Notes under the pieces: generated by a model
Seen by the model: only the letters and a program-made list of their open reading frames with translations
Databases searched by the model: none
What the model was told of the DNA's origin: nothing
Shown: positions 14,758 through 27,910 of the stretch, piece after piece
How positions within the stretch are numbered: position 1 is the stretch's first letter
How the letters are laid out: each line of letters opens with the position of its first letter
Assembly (NCBI RefSeq): GCF_009914755.1
Contig: NC_060938.1
Source: the human T2T-CHM13v2.0 reference genome, Homo sapiens
Strand: one strand, 5' to 3'
Length of the DNA: 64,000 nt
Position numbers and translations under genes: made by a program

Positions 14758-15047
14758 GACCTGACGCCACCTCAGCATCCTTTATATATGAGGTTATGCA
14801 AATGCAGTTCCTGGACTGCATGTCTTGATTGGATGAGAAAAAAACCTCTAGGCCTACTCTGATTGGACTTTATTTTCATGCTGTGATTGGTTGTGTTAAG
14901 ACTTGCTCTCATCCAATCAGAACATGATCATAAAGTCCAATCAGAGTAAGCCTGGAGGTTTTTTTCTCATCCAATCAAGACATGCAGTCCAGGAACCTCC
15001 ATGGGCACTACCGCAGTACATAAATGATGCTGAAGTGCGATCACTTT
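14753..15047. promoter_or_regulatory. Palindromic bidirectional Pol II promoter (6 CCAAT boxes, octamer, TATA, Inr)
   Basis: GATTGG at 14827, 14861, 14885; CCAATC at 14913, 14937, 14971; ATGCAAAT 14796-14803; TTTATATA 14781-14788; TACATAAA 15017-15024; arms 14807-14873 and 14930-14996 are 65/67 complementary. Confidence 0.75.
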
Positions 15048-15210
15048 TTTTCAGGTTCCTGTATCTTCATGTCGAGTTGCTCATTGCCCAACGTAGAGGA
15101 CTAGGAATCAGGATTCGGTGGCTATATGCTGGAGGCTGGAGCCGCGGGAGCGCGGCTCGCCTCATTGCAGTTGTTGGCAGTGACGGAGAGATAGCATCGC
15201 GGCTGGAGAG
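15043..15210 (+). ncRNA. Putative first exon of a rightward non-coding transcript
   Basis: Inr-like TCACTTT at 15041-15047; inverted homolog of the leftward exon; small CpG cluster; possible donor GAG|GTAGGA at 15210/15211. Confidence 0.4.
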
Positions 15211-16440
15211 GTAGGAGAAGGAAAACAGTTTTGGGATAGATAGAGGGGAGCAAAGAGGGTAGTTAGGGCCAAAGGGAAAAAAGGATAGCTTAGCCAGAGA
15301 AGGAATTGAAAAAAGATGGTGGTGAAAAGATGGTGGGGAAAAAGGTTTTTGCGTAGATGGAGGTGTAATAACAGGGTGGGGAGTGGGAGGGAAGGAAGGT
15401 TTTGCAGAAAGACGGTGGGTAAAAAGTTTAAGGGTACATGGAGGGGGAAAAGAGGGTGGCAAGTGGGCGGAGGAAAGAGAGGGAGGTGATGGGGGAAAAC
15501 GGGTGGAGCAGTAGGGAGAGAAGGTTTTGTGAAAAGACAGTGTGGAGAAAATGCAGTGGGGGAGAAAAGTTTTTGGGTTGAGCAAAAGAGGGTAGCAAGT
15601 GGGAGAAGGAAAAAGAGGGTAGCCAGCAGGAGGAAGACAAGGTTTTGTGAAAAGACAGTGGCAGAAAAGAAAGACAGTGAAGAAAGAAAAAGACAGTGGG
15701 TGAAAAGTGTTTCGATAGATGGAGGGAGGAAAGAGGGTGGTGAGAGGTAGCAGGGATGGCGGTTGGGAAAACAACAGAAAAATAGTTTGGGGTAGATGGA
15801 GGGGAAAAAAGAGGGTGGCAAGCAGGGTAGGGGAAAAAACAGCACTAGTGGTAAAGGGGGGAGACTTTGAAAAGGTGGTGGGGAAAGTTTTGGTGTGTAG
15901 ATGGAGGGGGAAAGAGAGAGGTGGATAGGCGTGGGGAGAAGGCTTTGTGAAAAGACGGGGGAAATGTTTTTGGGTAGATGGAGAAGGGAAAGAGAATGGC
16001 AAGGAGGAACGGGGGGAAAGACGATGAAGAAAACAGTTTTTGGTTGGATGAAGCGGGGAAAGAGGGTAGTGAGCAGCAGGAGTGGAGAGAAGGTTTTGGG
16101 AAAAGACGGGGGAAAATGTTTTTGCTTAGATAAAGGAGCAAAAGAGATGGTTGAGAGAGCAAAAGAGATGGATGAGAGCGGGATGGGGAAAAAGAGGCTG
16201 GCCAGGGATAAGGGGAAAAGACAGTGGGAAGAAACTGGGGAAAGGGTTTGGGTAGATGCATGGGGAAAAGGGTGTTGAGCAGGAGAGTAGAGGCAGCTTT
16301 GTGAAATGAGGGTGGGCAAAAAATGATGAAGAAGTTTGGGGGCAGATGGTGAAAGAAAAAGAGTGGTGAGAGGGAGGGGGCCAAAGGCCGCCGGGAAAAG
16401 AAGGTAGGGAAATAATGGTGGGGGACAAAGGTTTGGGGTA
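15211..16440. repeat. Purine-rich degenerate tandem repeat (~70-120 bp units)
   Basis: Repeated GTTTTGGGTAGATGGAGGGGGAAAAGAGGGTGGCAAG and AGAAGGTTTTGTGAAAAGACGGTGGGGAAAA-like motifs; C-poor on the + strand. Confidence 0.85.
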
Positions 16441-17220
<780 letters not shown>

Positions 17221-20200
17221 TGGAAACGTAACTTTATTTTTTAGTGTTGTATTTGTATATATACTTTAATAGCCCTGAGTTTTAATAAAGTTGCTTTTAA
17301 AATATGTATCTTATTTTTCAGAAATATACCCTAAGGCATGTGATTAGTTGGGTGGCATGTTTAGTTTTTACAATTGAAGGATTGTCATTCCTTTGTACAA
17401 AAAAAAAAAAAAAGTGAATTTTTGTCATATACTAGAGGAAAGAAGGCAGATACTAAATAATAAATATTGTATGCTTTCATGTAAATAAAATTTGAAATTA
17501 TATAAAGACAGAATGCATTAAACCTTTCTGGGGTTGAAGTGGGGAATTCATTGGTAAAGGTCGTACAATAAATGTGTAGATGAAGGGAATATTCTATATT
17601 TGATTGTGTAGGTGGTTAACTAGCTTCATAAATTTGTAAAACTGAACTGGACTAAAATGTGTGCCTTATACGCAGATTATTCTATAAAATTGATTAAAAC
17701 TAGTTAGAGAATCAGTCAAGGGGAAAAGAAAGAAAAGCCACGTGAAAAAATAATGAAAATGCACTAGAATTATCTTTGATGACATTAAATATAGCCTGGT
17801 CTTCTCTTAATTGTTTTTAAAATTTATGTAGGTTTCTCAATCCTTTGATATTTTTTCTTCAACACATCTTACATTCTCATATATGTTAATGTATGGCTAC
17901 ATAAGGGAGGGCTCTCTTACAGTTGGACTGGAATAGCTTAATATTTATATCTAGAAATGCATTGGAAGCATAACACTGACCCGTGAGCAAGATGAAAATG
18001 GCATGTGCTAGTTAGTGATTCATAATATATTGCTTTAAGTTTAATGCCAACTGGTCTACATCGTTGAGAATGTTTAGTTTGATGGTTTACACAACTTGGC
18101 TTAAGTATATGACCAACAATGTATGAGGGAGCCTGCTATAAAGACTTTTCTGCACTTCCCTTAAATTATTATAGTAAGCTCAAATCTTGAAGGTTTATAA
18201 TATACAGATAAAATGTGTCTGTGAGACTGAGAAAGGATCTTTAGGGAGAAAGGCTCTGTTCCCGAAAGACAGACTTTCAATGATTTCCTGCATTTTATTT
18301 CTGTCGTACTTTACCTTTATTAAACACTAATAAGGTGGTTCTTATAGGGCCTCATAGGCCTTTTTAGTTTTCCAACCTATTCATACTTGGTGCAAACCTA
18401 GTAATTTTTTGCGTGATAGTATTGGAATTTTATTCTGAGGCTAGGCTTCACACTGTAAAAACAGCTTTTTGGAATTGTATCATTTCCAGTCTTTCCATCG
18501 TGTTCCACTGTCGCAGCTACACACCAGATATGAAGACTACAAGCAACCTCAAAAGGTAACACATCTATAGTAGATGCTTTTACCTCTTGTAAAATCTAAG
18601 GAAAATATACTAAAAATGAAGGCATCAGTAAAATAGTATCATTTTAGGTTGACCTCCAGTATTTCAACATCATTCTAGCTTCAGAGCAATACATTTGCAA
18701 GGGGAAATGGGGTACTTTTGTGGTTTTTTACACCTGTTATTTCAGTTGAAATTGAAAAAAACTAATTTGAACTATAACCATAAAAAGGTTTTATCAGTAT
18801 TGAAATAAAATAACAAAATGCATTTGTGGGTCTGACCTCAGGACGGATTTTCAATAGTCAATACTACCTCTAACTCTCACTCCCCCTTCTCTGAGCATCA
18901 GCTTTATTCTTATTCCATCTTACTTAATTTGGCACTGACAGATACAGACTCATTCTTACAACATATACCATCAGAAGTGAAACCTTCACTGTCTCCAACT
19001 CTTAAAAATCTGAGATGCACTTTGACTATTCTCAGATCATGGGTCTATTACTTGGATCAAAAAGTACTGCACAGGGACAGTTTCAAGGTTGGAGTGACAA
19101 AGGAATAGCTCCCTAATGAGGGAGTATCATAGAAATGATATTTCCATGGTCATACTTTTGTGAACTAGGCAGACATCCCTTCATGTCAACTACATTTCTA
19201 CTTTGAACAGATAAATATTCATGCATATACAACATTATACAGTAATATAAGCATGACTTTTCATTAAAATTTTAACCAAAACAGTCTATTTAGGTGAATA
19301 AATACCGATACAGGAGATAGTTGTGCTTGAATGATCTTTACCCTTGGGGAGACATAAAGGAAAGAATGTCATACTTTATTATGAAATGACTGTCCAGCAT
19401 ATTTATGAGTAAACTTTCATAATAAATTATTGTCTAAAGTAAGCACAAAAATCCTTTTAATATCCTCTTTTAATACATAGAATAAATATAAGAAAATAGC
19501 ACAAATGGTATTATGCCAGCACACAGAAATACTTGCAGTTAAAAGTCAATCCTATATTTTGAGAACTTGACAAAATCATAATTGAAAATAATGTATTGTC
19601 TTACATGCAGATGTTGTGTAATCAAGGACATCCAAATCAACTTACATCCAAATGTTTCACAATTAGTCTTATTCTGTGAAGTATTATAAAGCCATGCCCT
19701 CAGGAATATAAAAGCACAAAGGGAGCCAGGACTCCAAATAGCCATTTATTCATTTCCTAAGGTTAGGTACAGTGAGGACTGCATTTTCAACATTATCAGG
19801 GCCATAGAGACATTGGAGCTTAAGGATAAGATCCAATTTCATACCAATCTGTAAAAGGATAAGCCAGTGTAATGACCCAGATGTTCACCATAATAATTAC
19901 CATCTTGAGTGATGATGCTATGAATACAAAGGAACACTGCATCTCTAAAACAAACTACATTTATGTGACATGAGACCAATTTTTGATGGAAACAAGGCAA
20001 ACTGTGAATGGTAATTTTGTCTTTTTAGTTGTTTTCATTGTGTGTATTCATATCTGAAAATACAATAGCATATAATTAGAAAAGTTATAACAAAATAAAA
20101 TAAGATTAGAAGTCTTAACTTTTTATATCAAACGTTCTGCACACAAATATAGCCTTTTACTGATGATCTATGGCTCCAAAATATTGGTAGCTATAATTAT

Positions 20201-20959
20201 GCTTTGTAAAACAAGCTATGAATGCCTTACTACAGAAAGACACAAAGAATCATTTCCTTACTCACTCACTGCTAGTAGACCCTGAGGCACAGCATTTCCT
20301 GCCCAGATACCTGATTATTAATCCAGTTTTCGTTAGGGGTATACTAACATTAACTAACGGAGATCGGTACTTAAACCAGTTAATGTAAAGAAATGCTGTA
20401 GGAACTGAAATATTCCTTTTAAATTAACAAAAGTGTTCTTTCTAGATAGACAAAGTTACATGAGGACCCAAATGTATACCAGAAAATCATTTGATGAATA
20501 TGGAATTAATAAAAGAATGCTTTGTTATATGGTTTTAGTACTTTGTTGGTGCCAGGTTAAAGACATGTGGCCCTAGATAGGATAACTCTACAGAAGAGAA
20601 TTTAATTTGTTTACCTGCTTCACTAGAAATCCAACAATTAAGTCAGTGACTCTATTTTCCAATATTCATTTCCTCCATTTTCTCATCTCTTTTTGATGGT
20701 ATCATTTCGTTATTTTATTTTCTTTGAGATGGAATTCATTTTGGCTAAAATGACTTTTTGACTATTTGTGTGTGTATATATATGATTTTAAAATCAATGA
20801 ACAGTATTATTTCTTTATTTCGAAGATTATCCCTCTATGTTCTCTAAAGTCGATACTGTGAAACAGTCCAGATATGAGTCTAGGAATGGCAGTAGGAAAT
20901 ACTGTAAAACTGGAAGCAACTTAATAGGTAATCAATAGGGAAAATGAAACTCAATATAA

Positions 20960-22950
20960 TTGACTCTAGGTAATGTAATGATGCATTTATTTTACATTTT
21001 TCTTGCATTCCTGAGATAAGTCCTGCCTGGTTATAGTATATTATATGTTTTATGTTTTGCTGGATTTTGATCATTAGCATTTTGCTGAGGATTTTTTCCA
21101 TCTATTTTTGTTAAAGATATTGTTCTGTGTTTTTGTTTTCTTTTTTTTTTTGATGCTATTGTCTGTTTTTGTTATTAGGGTAATACTAGCTTCATAGAAT
21201 AAACTGGGAAGTGTATTCTCTTTTTTTTTTTTGCAAGAGTTTGTAAATAATTGTATTAATTCAACTTTGAAGGTTTGGTAGAAGCATTCTTGGCTAGAAG
21301 ATTTTGTTGCTGTTGTCATTGTTTCCTGAGGTGGTAGTTTTGATTACTAAATCTCTTTACTTGATAAGATTTTATATTTCTCCTTGACTCATTTTTGCTA
21401 ATTTGAATCTTTCTTAGAATTTGTCCAGTTCTTAAAAAATACCTAAATTTTAGATATATTTTTTCATAGGTACTTTTATAATAATTTTTTATTTCTTTAA
21501 GTTTAGTGTCCTTTTAAAAATTTCATTAATACTTGAATAGTTTCTCTTTCTTGTTGATCGGTCTATCTAAATTGTGGCCACTGCTGATGTGTTCAAAGAA
21601 ACAATTTTTGGCTTTGTTGAGGATCTCAATTGTTTCTGTATTTTCTATTTCACTAATTTGTATATCCCTAATACTTTCTTGTGGTTGCTGTAGTTTTAAT
21701 TTGCTGCTCTTTTTTCAGTGCCTTATGGTGGCAGGTTAGAGAATGTTATTTTTGAGTATGAGAACTACATTTATTGCATCACATAAGAGATATTATGCAT
21801 TCTTAAAGTATTTTATCTTTTTTAAAGTATTTTCTAATTTATCTTACTACTTCTTCTTGGGCCCATTGTTTATTTAATAGCATGTTGTTTAATTTCCACA
21901 TAATTCTGAGTTTCCCAAATTTTCCTATTGCTGATTTATTATTTTACTCAATTAATGTCTGAAAATATACTTTGTATTATTCCAATGTTTAAATTCATTG
22001 AGGTCTATTTTATGGCCTGGGATATGGTATTCCTGGGTAATGTTGTGTGTGCACTTGAGAATCTACTGTTGTTACAGTGTTCTTTAAATATCTAATCAGT
22101 CTAGTTATTTTATAGTATTGTTCAAGTGTTCTATTTCTTTATCGATCTTCTGCATAGTCATTTTATCCACTTTTGAAAGTGAGTATTAAAGGCTGCAAGA
22201 AGTATGTTAAATTGTCTAATTAATCTCCATTTTTGGAGGTTTCTACGTCAATGGATTTTGAAGGCTTTTCATCACACATATATATGCTTATAATTATTAT
22301 TTATTTTTGAGATATTGGACCTTTATTTTTATGAAATATCTCCCTCTACCTCTGTAACCCCTTTTGTTTTAAAGTCTATTTTTTTCTGATGTTAATATAA
22401 CAATTCCAGCTTTCTTGCGGTTACTGCCTGCATCATATAACTTTTCCATCCTTTTTTTCTATGAATTTTCATCTTTGGATCTAAAGTGTGTCTCCTGCAG
22501 ACAACATGTGGATGGATCTTCTTTATTTAATTTGTTTTTCCTCCAGTCTGACAATCTTTTATTTGAATATTTAAATTCATTTTCACATGAAGTTACTAGT
22601 ACAGTTAGATTTACATCCATCATTTTACTTCAGTTTTCTGTATACCTTATGTCTTTTCATTCCTCTATTCCTCCTTTACTGCTTTCTTTTGAATTAGGTA
22701 TTTTTTATAAAACATTGAATTTAATAATATTTTATCTATGTTTTTTCAATGTTTCCCTGAATTGCTACTTTAGGGTTTACTGTAGACATCTTATCACAAT
22801 CAATTGTAGATGCATAACAATTCTAGTGCCATATGTATATATAAATTTTACTTTTGTTCACTTTTGTGTACTTTGGCTCTCCTTTTTGTGCTATTGTTGC
22901 TGTACACATTACATCTATATTTGCTATATACCCAATAATTTATTGTTTAT
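20960..22950 (-). mobile_element. Old L1 (L1M) ORF2 fragments
   Basis: Antisense L1 text; ORF 21074-21319 (FYQTFKVELIQ...LPSLFYEASITLITK) is a decayed L1 ORF2 reverse-transcriptase-proximal segment. Confidence 0.8.
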
Positions 22951-22959
22951 GTTACTTGA

Positions 22960-23330
22960 TGATATGGTTTGTTGTTTTGTCCTCTCCAAAATTCATGTTG
23001 AAACTTAATTTCAATGTGACAGCATTAAGAGCTGGAACCTTGAGGGTATGATTAGGCTATTAGGGCTCTGTCCTCATGGATGGTATGAGTGTGTTATAGA
23101 AGGGCTGGAGGGAATTAGGACCCTTTGCCTTTTCATTCTTTCCACCATATGAAAATACAGCATTCATCCCCTCTGGAAGATGCAGTGTTCAAGGCACCTC
23201 AGCAGACACCAAACCTGCCAACAAATTGATCTTAAACTTCCAGCCTGCAGAACTATGAGAAATAAATTTCTTCTTTAAAAATTTCTCAGTCTCTGATATA
23301 TATATGTATCAGCATGAACAGACTAACACA
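22960..23330 (+). mobile_element. MaLR solo LTR (MSTC/MSTD-like)
   Basis: TGATATGGTTTG...GACTAACACA termini; perfect 5-bp TSD CTTGA. Confidence 0.88.
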
Positions 23331-26300
23331 CTTGACGTAATTTTATGTCTTAAAAAAAGAGATAAAAAGAAACGTACTATGTATTTACAGCTTTTGTTAT
23401 ATTAACAGTCTTATTTATTATTTCAGGTCTTTTCATTTGTTCAGCATTTGAAACTTCTTCCTGACACCAGAGGGGCTCTTCTTAGCTGTCTTTTTCCTGG
23501 GTTATTCCTGGTAAACTAGCTGATATTTGTTTCAAAGCATATGTCTCTAATAAAGTGCCAGTCTCTCTTATTTGCTTTTTACCATCACTTCATTGTTTTT
23601 CAAAGTACCCTTATGGTTGAATTTCCCCAAACTCTTCTTTTGGGAAAAGCTTTACACTCTCTGCTCTATGTTCTGCCCCTTCCTTTGGGCAAAGCTTCTG
23701 AGCTTTGGCTCTGGTGATTGCAGCAAAGAGAGCAGCATTCTCCTCTCGGAGTGACAGCCCTTCCTGGAGACTGGGTCACTGGGATGAGAAGTAGCCATTG
23801 GTAATCTCAGCTTGCCACTCCTGGAATGAGAACTTTGCCTTACAGACAAACCAGAAAGAAGGCAATCAGAGCTCAATGTTCTCAGTGTGTTGCACCCAAA
23901 CAGTCCTCATTCCATGAATTAGAGCTGGTAGGAAGAAGTGACATCCTACTTCTTGGCCACATTCCACAAAAGCTTAATCTCAAGAACAGGTAGTGGCAGT
24001 AGGTGGGGGTTGAAATGAAAAATTCTGATGTACTATTACTCCCAGAAAGATGCTATAGCCCCCCAGTGGGGTCTAGTAAAAGTTCTGTGTTCTTGGCTAC
24101 ATTGCCTTGAGTAGAATTTATATCAAGATAGTCTGTGAGAAAGAGAGGTAATAATGGGTTGTGGATAAAATGCAAAAAAACTCTTACTGTTCTTAGTTTC
24201 AGTAGATTTTCTTGAATAAATACTTCATCATTTTCTATGTACCATTAAGACTTTTCAAGTGACATAGGTGATGGTTGTTGTATAATTTTCAACAATTTTA
24301 TAAAAGATTCATGGAGCTCTTCACATAGCCATTCTAGAGGTGGAACTTCAGCATTTCTTATTTAAGGAAATTAAGGTTTTCTTTAATTTCTCTCCCTTCT
24401 TCTAAAATATGCTTTCGAATCTCACTCTCTACAGCAAATTGGGTCTCAGTATATTTCTTTCTCCAAGAGAAGTCTGTTAGATACTCAAATAATTTTTGTT
24501 TTACATTGTTATGTTTGAAAGGTTGTTTTGTTGTTAAAAGACAATAGGAAGATCAACATGAAATCCTCACGCTCATTGTATGAATATTATGTTTTCATTC
24601 AGAAAGAGTTACAATATATTTGAGTGCTCATGAAGCTTTAAAAAGAAGTGGATTAAGTAATCAATCTCCCTAGACAGATAAAAAAGCACATGATATTTTG
24701 GTATTCCCCAACTTTTATTATTTGACTTTCATGTTCTAGCAAATAACTTCCAACAATTTGTCAACTTACTTGCACAGTCATTTATATTTTATATTATTAA
24801 TTCCATTATTTATGCATGTGTCAAATAGACTTTAATATATAGAGTAGATGTTGACACACTCAAATTTGTAACAAAGTGAAAAATTACTTTGATACATATT
24901 TCTTTTTTTCTGACAAAATTCTGAAGTGCTTTTCCATCTCTTCTAAAACAACATATAGAAAACATGTTTTTTTCTCATTATTAAATACATGACTCGCAAT
25001 ACAGCAAAATTAATTGGCTATAAAGCAAACCTTTAAAAGAGAATAGTTTGGTGAAAAATATAAGCATTCTTAGTTATACATAAGATCCCACAGAGCCAAT
25101 TTAACTTTTTATTCCAGATTTATGTCCCAATTTAAAACTTTAATTCCTACTGTCTAAGCATTGTGGCTAAAAGTATGAGATAATTAATTACTCCTGACAT
25201 CCAACTTTTGTGATCATAGTAGGTGACATTCCTTTGAAAAAACTTGAAAATTTTCTGCTAAATGTTATGTTTGTGTATGGGTGTAGAGTTTCATTTTCAA
25301 AACAAGCTCTCACATATAAAAGTTAAGTGTTTTAATTATCTTTTAAGACTATGTCCTTGGATGCTATGCTGTATGCCAATATTTATACATGTTGAATATG
25401 CTTTCATTTAACTTACATAGCCATAATGCTTAACTTTAAGCAGAGATTCCTTATTAATTCTGATGAATGTTGCTAGAAAATACGCTGAAAATAAAATATG
25501 TTAGAATGATTTTTAATAAAAAGATTAAAGGAAAGAAGCTAGCAGAAGAGCCAGCACCACAGAAAGCAAAGTCACATTCTGGATCCAAGCAATGTTTCCA
25601 TGAACAAAGAACCAGCAAATAGAATTCATGAGATGGAGCAGAAGCAAGAGAGTGAAGAGGAAGTAGACTTTTTTTTTGTTTTTGTTTTTTATTTGTTTTC
25701 TCATGAGAAGAGTGTACTAGTAGTAGAAATAACTTCTATGAATGAGACCAGAAAGACATAGGTAGAATATCTGGACCATCTGTATAGGATAGGTAGTTAT
25801 TGTATTGTGTGTTCTGGAGGTAAGATTTATATAAATTCAAGCCTACAATATTATCAAGGTCCGTTAAGCAAGCATCCATTAGACAGCAAGAAAGACTAAG
25901 AGGCTTTCAAACTACCAGTGTCAATAGTTAAATGTGAAGCAAATATATAGACATTTGGTACTATGACAAAAAATAATAATGAAAGGTTTATCATAATATA
26001 ATATAATATTTTGTTCTCCTGTTTGGTAATTATATAAAGGTACATACTAGTTTTTCAAAACTTAACTAATCCTCTTTAAATATATTTCTATGAAATCTCC
26101 TGCTATACTTGGGAAACAGTTTACAGTGTGAACTCATTTTGTAGGATTTTTTTTTAAAGAATCATGAAAGAATAGCGATAAATTTAAATAAGTTTGCCAG
26201 TTGAATCATGTATGTGATAAAAAGGCTTTATATTTCTGATTCCTAAATCAGGGCATGACAGTACGAATCATAAATCAATTATTCTTATGTCCATTGTACA

Positions 26301-26499
26301 ATTATAGAAGAATAATGCCAAACCTTTTTTGAATGAGGGTGTGTCATGAGCATCAAAAGGGAAAAAAAAGTATGAAAATCCCTAAGAGTTTTACTCTGGA
26401 GAGTCATGTAGATTGTGCGTTCTTTAGCTAACATTTTAAAACAAATATCTGAAATCACTTGCTTAACCCCTTTGAATAATATACTATTGCCCTTAAGAG

Positions 26500-26950
26500 A
26501 AATTCAGTAATCTACTAAAGGTCCTTTTCATATAACCCTGACTTCTTTCTCCAGTCACGTGCCCTTACTGGTGTCTATGACCCAAACACACTAGTTGTGT
26601 CTCAATTTCGCTAAGATGTTCTGCATTCTTTCTTCTCACAGCTTTTATGTCTATTGCTGCTTCTTCAAGGCATATTCTCTAGTATTTGCTAGCTACTGTC
26701 TATTATTTTGAATCAGTTTAATGGTTTATTTTCGAGGAGACAAGGGCAAATTTTGCTGCTCTATATTCCCATAGTATTGTGGTCTTCTCTTTATTAAAAA
26801 CTCATCGGGCTAAAAATTGTTTGTGATTCCCATTTATTTACCTGCTAGATTCTAAATTCCATGAGGACTGGAAATGCAACCCTTTATTTACCTGTGTATC
26901 TCAAACATTGTATTCCTCCTGTGAGATAGTCATGTATTTATTAAAATGAA
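26500..26950 (+). mobile_element. Degenerate L2 3' region
   Basis: CTAGATTCTAAATTCCATGAGGACTGG and upstream L2-like motifs. Confidence 0.5.
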
Positions 26951-27377
26951 AGAAATTTTTATGTCTATAGACTGCATTACCAATACCTCTTGCACTATGA
27001 AATTTTCCTTAATTTCAAAAAAGCCAAACATTGTTTTTTTCTCATTTATATAGTTTGAAATTCTTTTCTGGCAATAATGTTTCACCTATAAAAAGACCTA
27101 TTAAAATTTATTTAATAATAAGGGGAGGAATAAAATAACTATGCATTTTTTTGTTGAAAGCACAATTGTGTCTGATACTTTAATTACACTATCTAATTTA
27201 ACCTTTCATAAATGCCCAGAATATGAGAATATCATCCAAGATTTAAATACCAATTACCAAAATTTACAGCTATCAAATGGAAGACTCAGGTTTATGCTAT
27301 GCCACGTTTTCTCTTCTTTCCTTTTTGTGATGGTGTTCCAAATTGTGGAGAAAGAAAACATTCTATTTGTGATTGCT

Positions 27378-27910
27378 TCTGCTAGTTACTTCTGCAAAAC
27401 AAACTACTCAAATTCAGTGGTGTGATGCAATAACCATTTTGTCATCCTCATATATTCTGGGGTCAGGGGGTCAAAAATGCAAAGTGGGGTGACATCTCTG
27501 TGGTCTACAGTAATTGGGGCCTCTGAGAATTCCTAGATATCTAGGAATGAATTAAACGTTGGACAATGAAGTTTTCTGAAAGCTTCTTTACGTTTGGCTC
27601 CTGCATTGGTATGACTTAAAGGCTGCGCTCAAAATAATCTCTTAACCAGAGTGTCTGAATATTGCTTCTTCATGTAACTTGAGCTTCCTCACAACATGGA
27701 ATCATACAGGTAGCTTGCCTGAGTGTTGCAGTTAATGGGTCAATGTATTGCCTTTAATAATCTTGCCTCAGAAGTCACATAGAATTACTTTAATGCTGAG
27801 TTGGTTTAAGCAATCACAGCCTGTCTGACTTCAGGGGGAAGAAACATGATGTCTACCCTTTGATGTGAGGACATTCAAAGTATTCGTGGCTATATTTTAA
27901 AAAAGCCACA
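27378..27910 (-). mobile_element. Old MaLR LTR (MLT1 family)
   Basis: AACAAACTACTCAAATTCAGTGG...TCTTGCCTCAGAAGTCACATAG...TTTTAAAAAAGCCACA. Confidence 0.65.

Noticed and set aside
12695-14821. Cluster of overlapping 67-145 aa ORFs in the GC-rich core
   Set aside because: They occur on both strands and in multiple frames, as expected for GC-rich repetitive DNA, with no recognisable homology (histone folds included).
27141-27425. 94-aa ATG-initiated ORF
   Set aside because: No recognisable domain, weak Kozak context, and the 3' end runs into an MLT1-like LTR. It cannot be supported without Ribo-seq or conservation.
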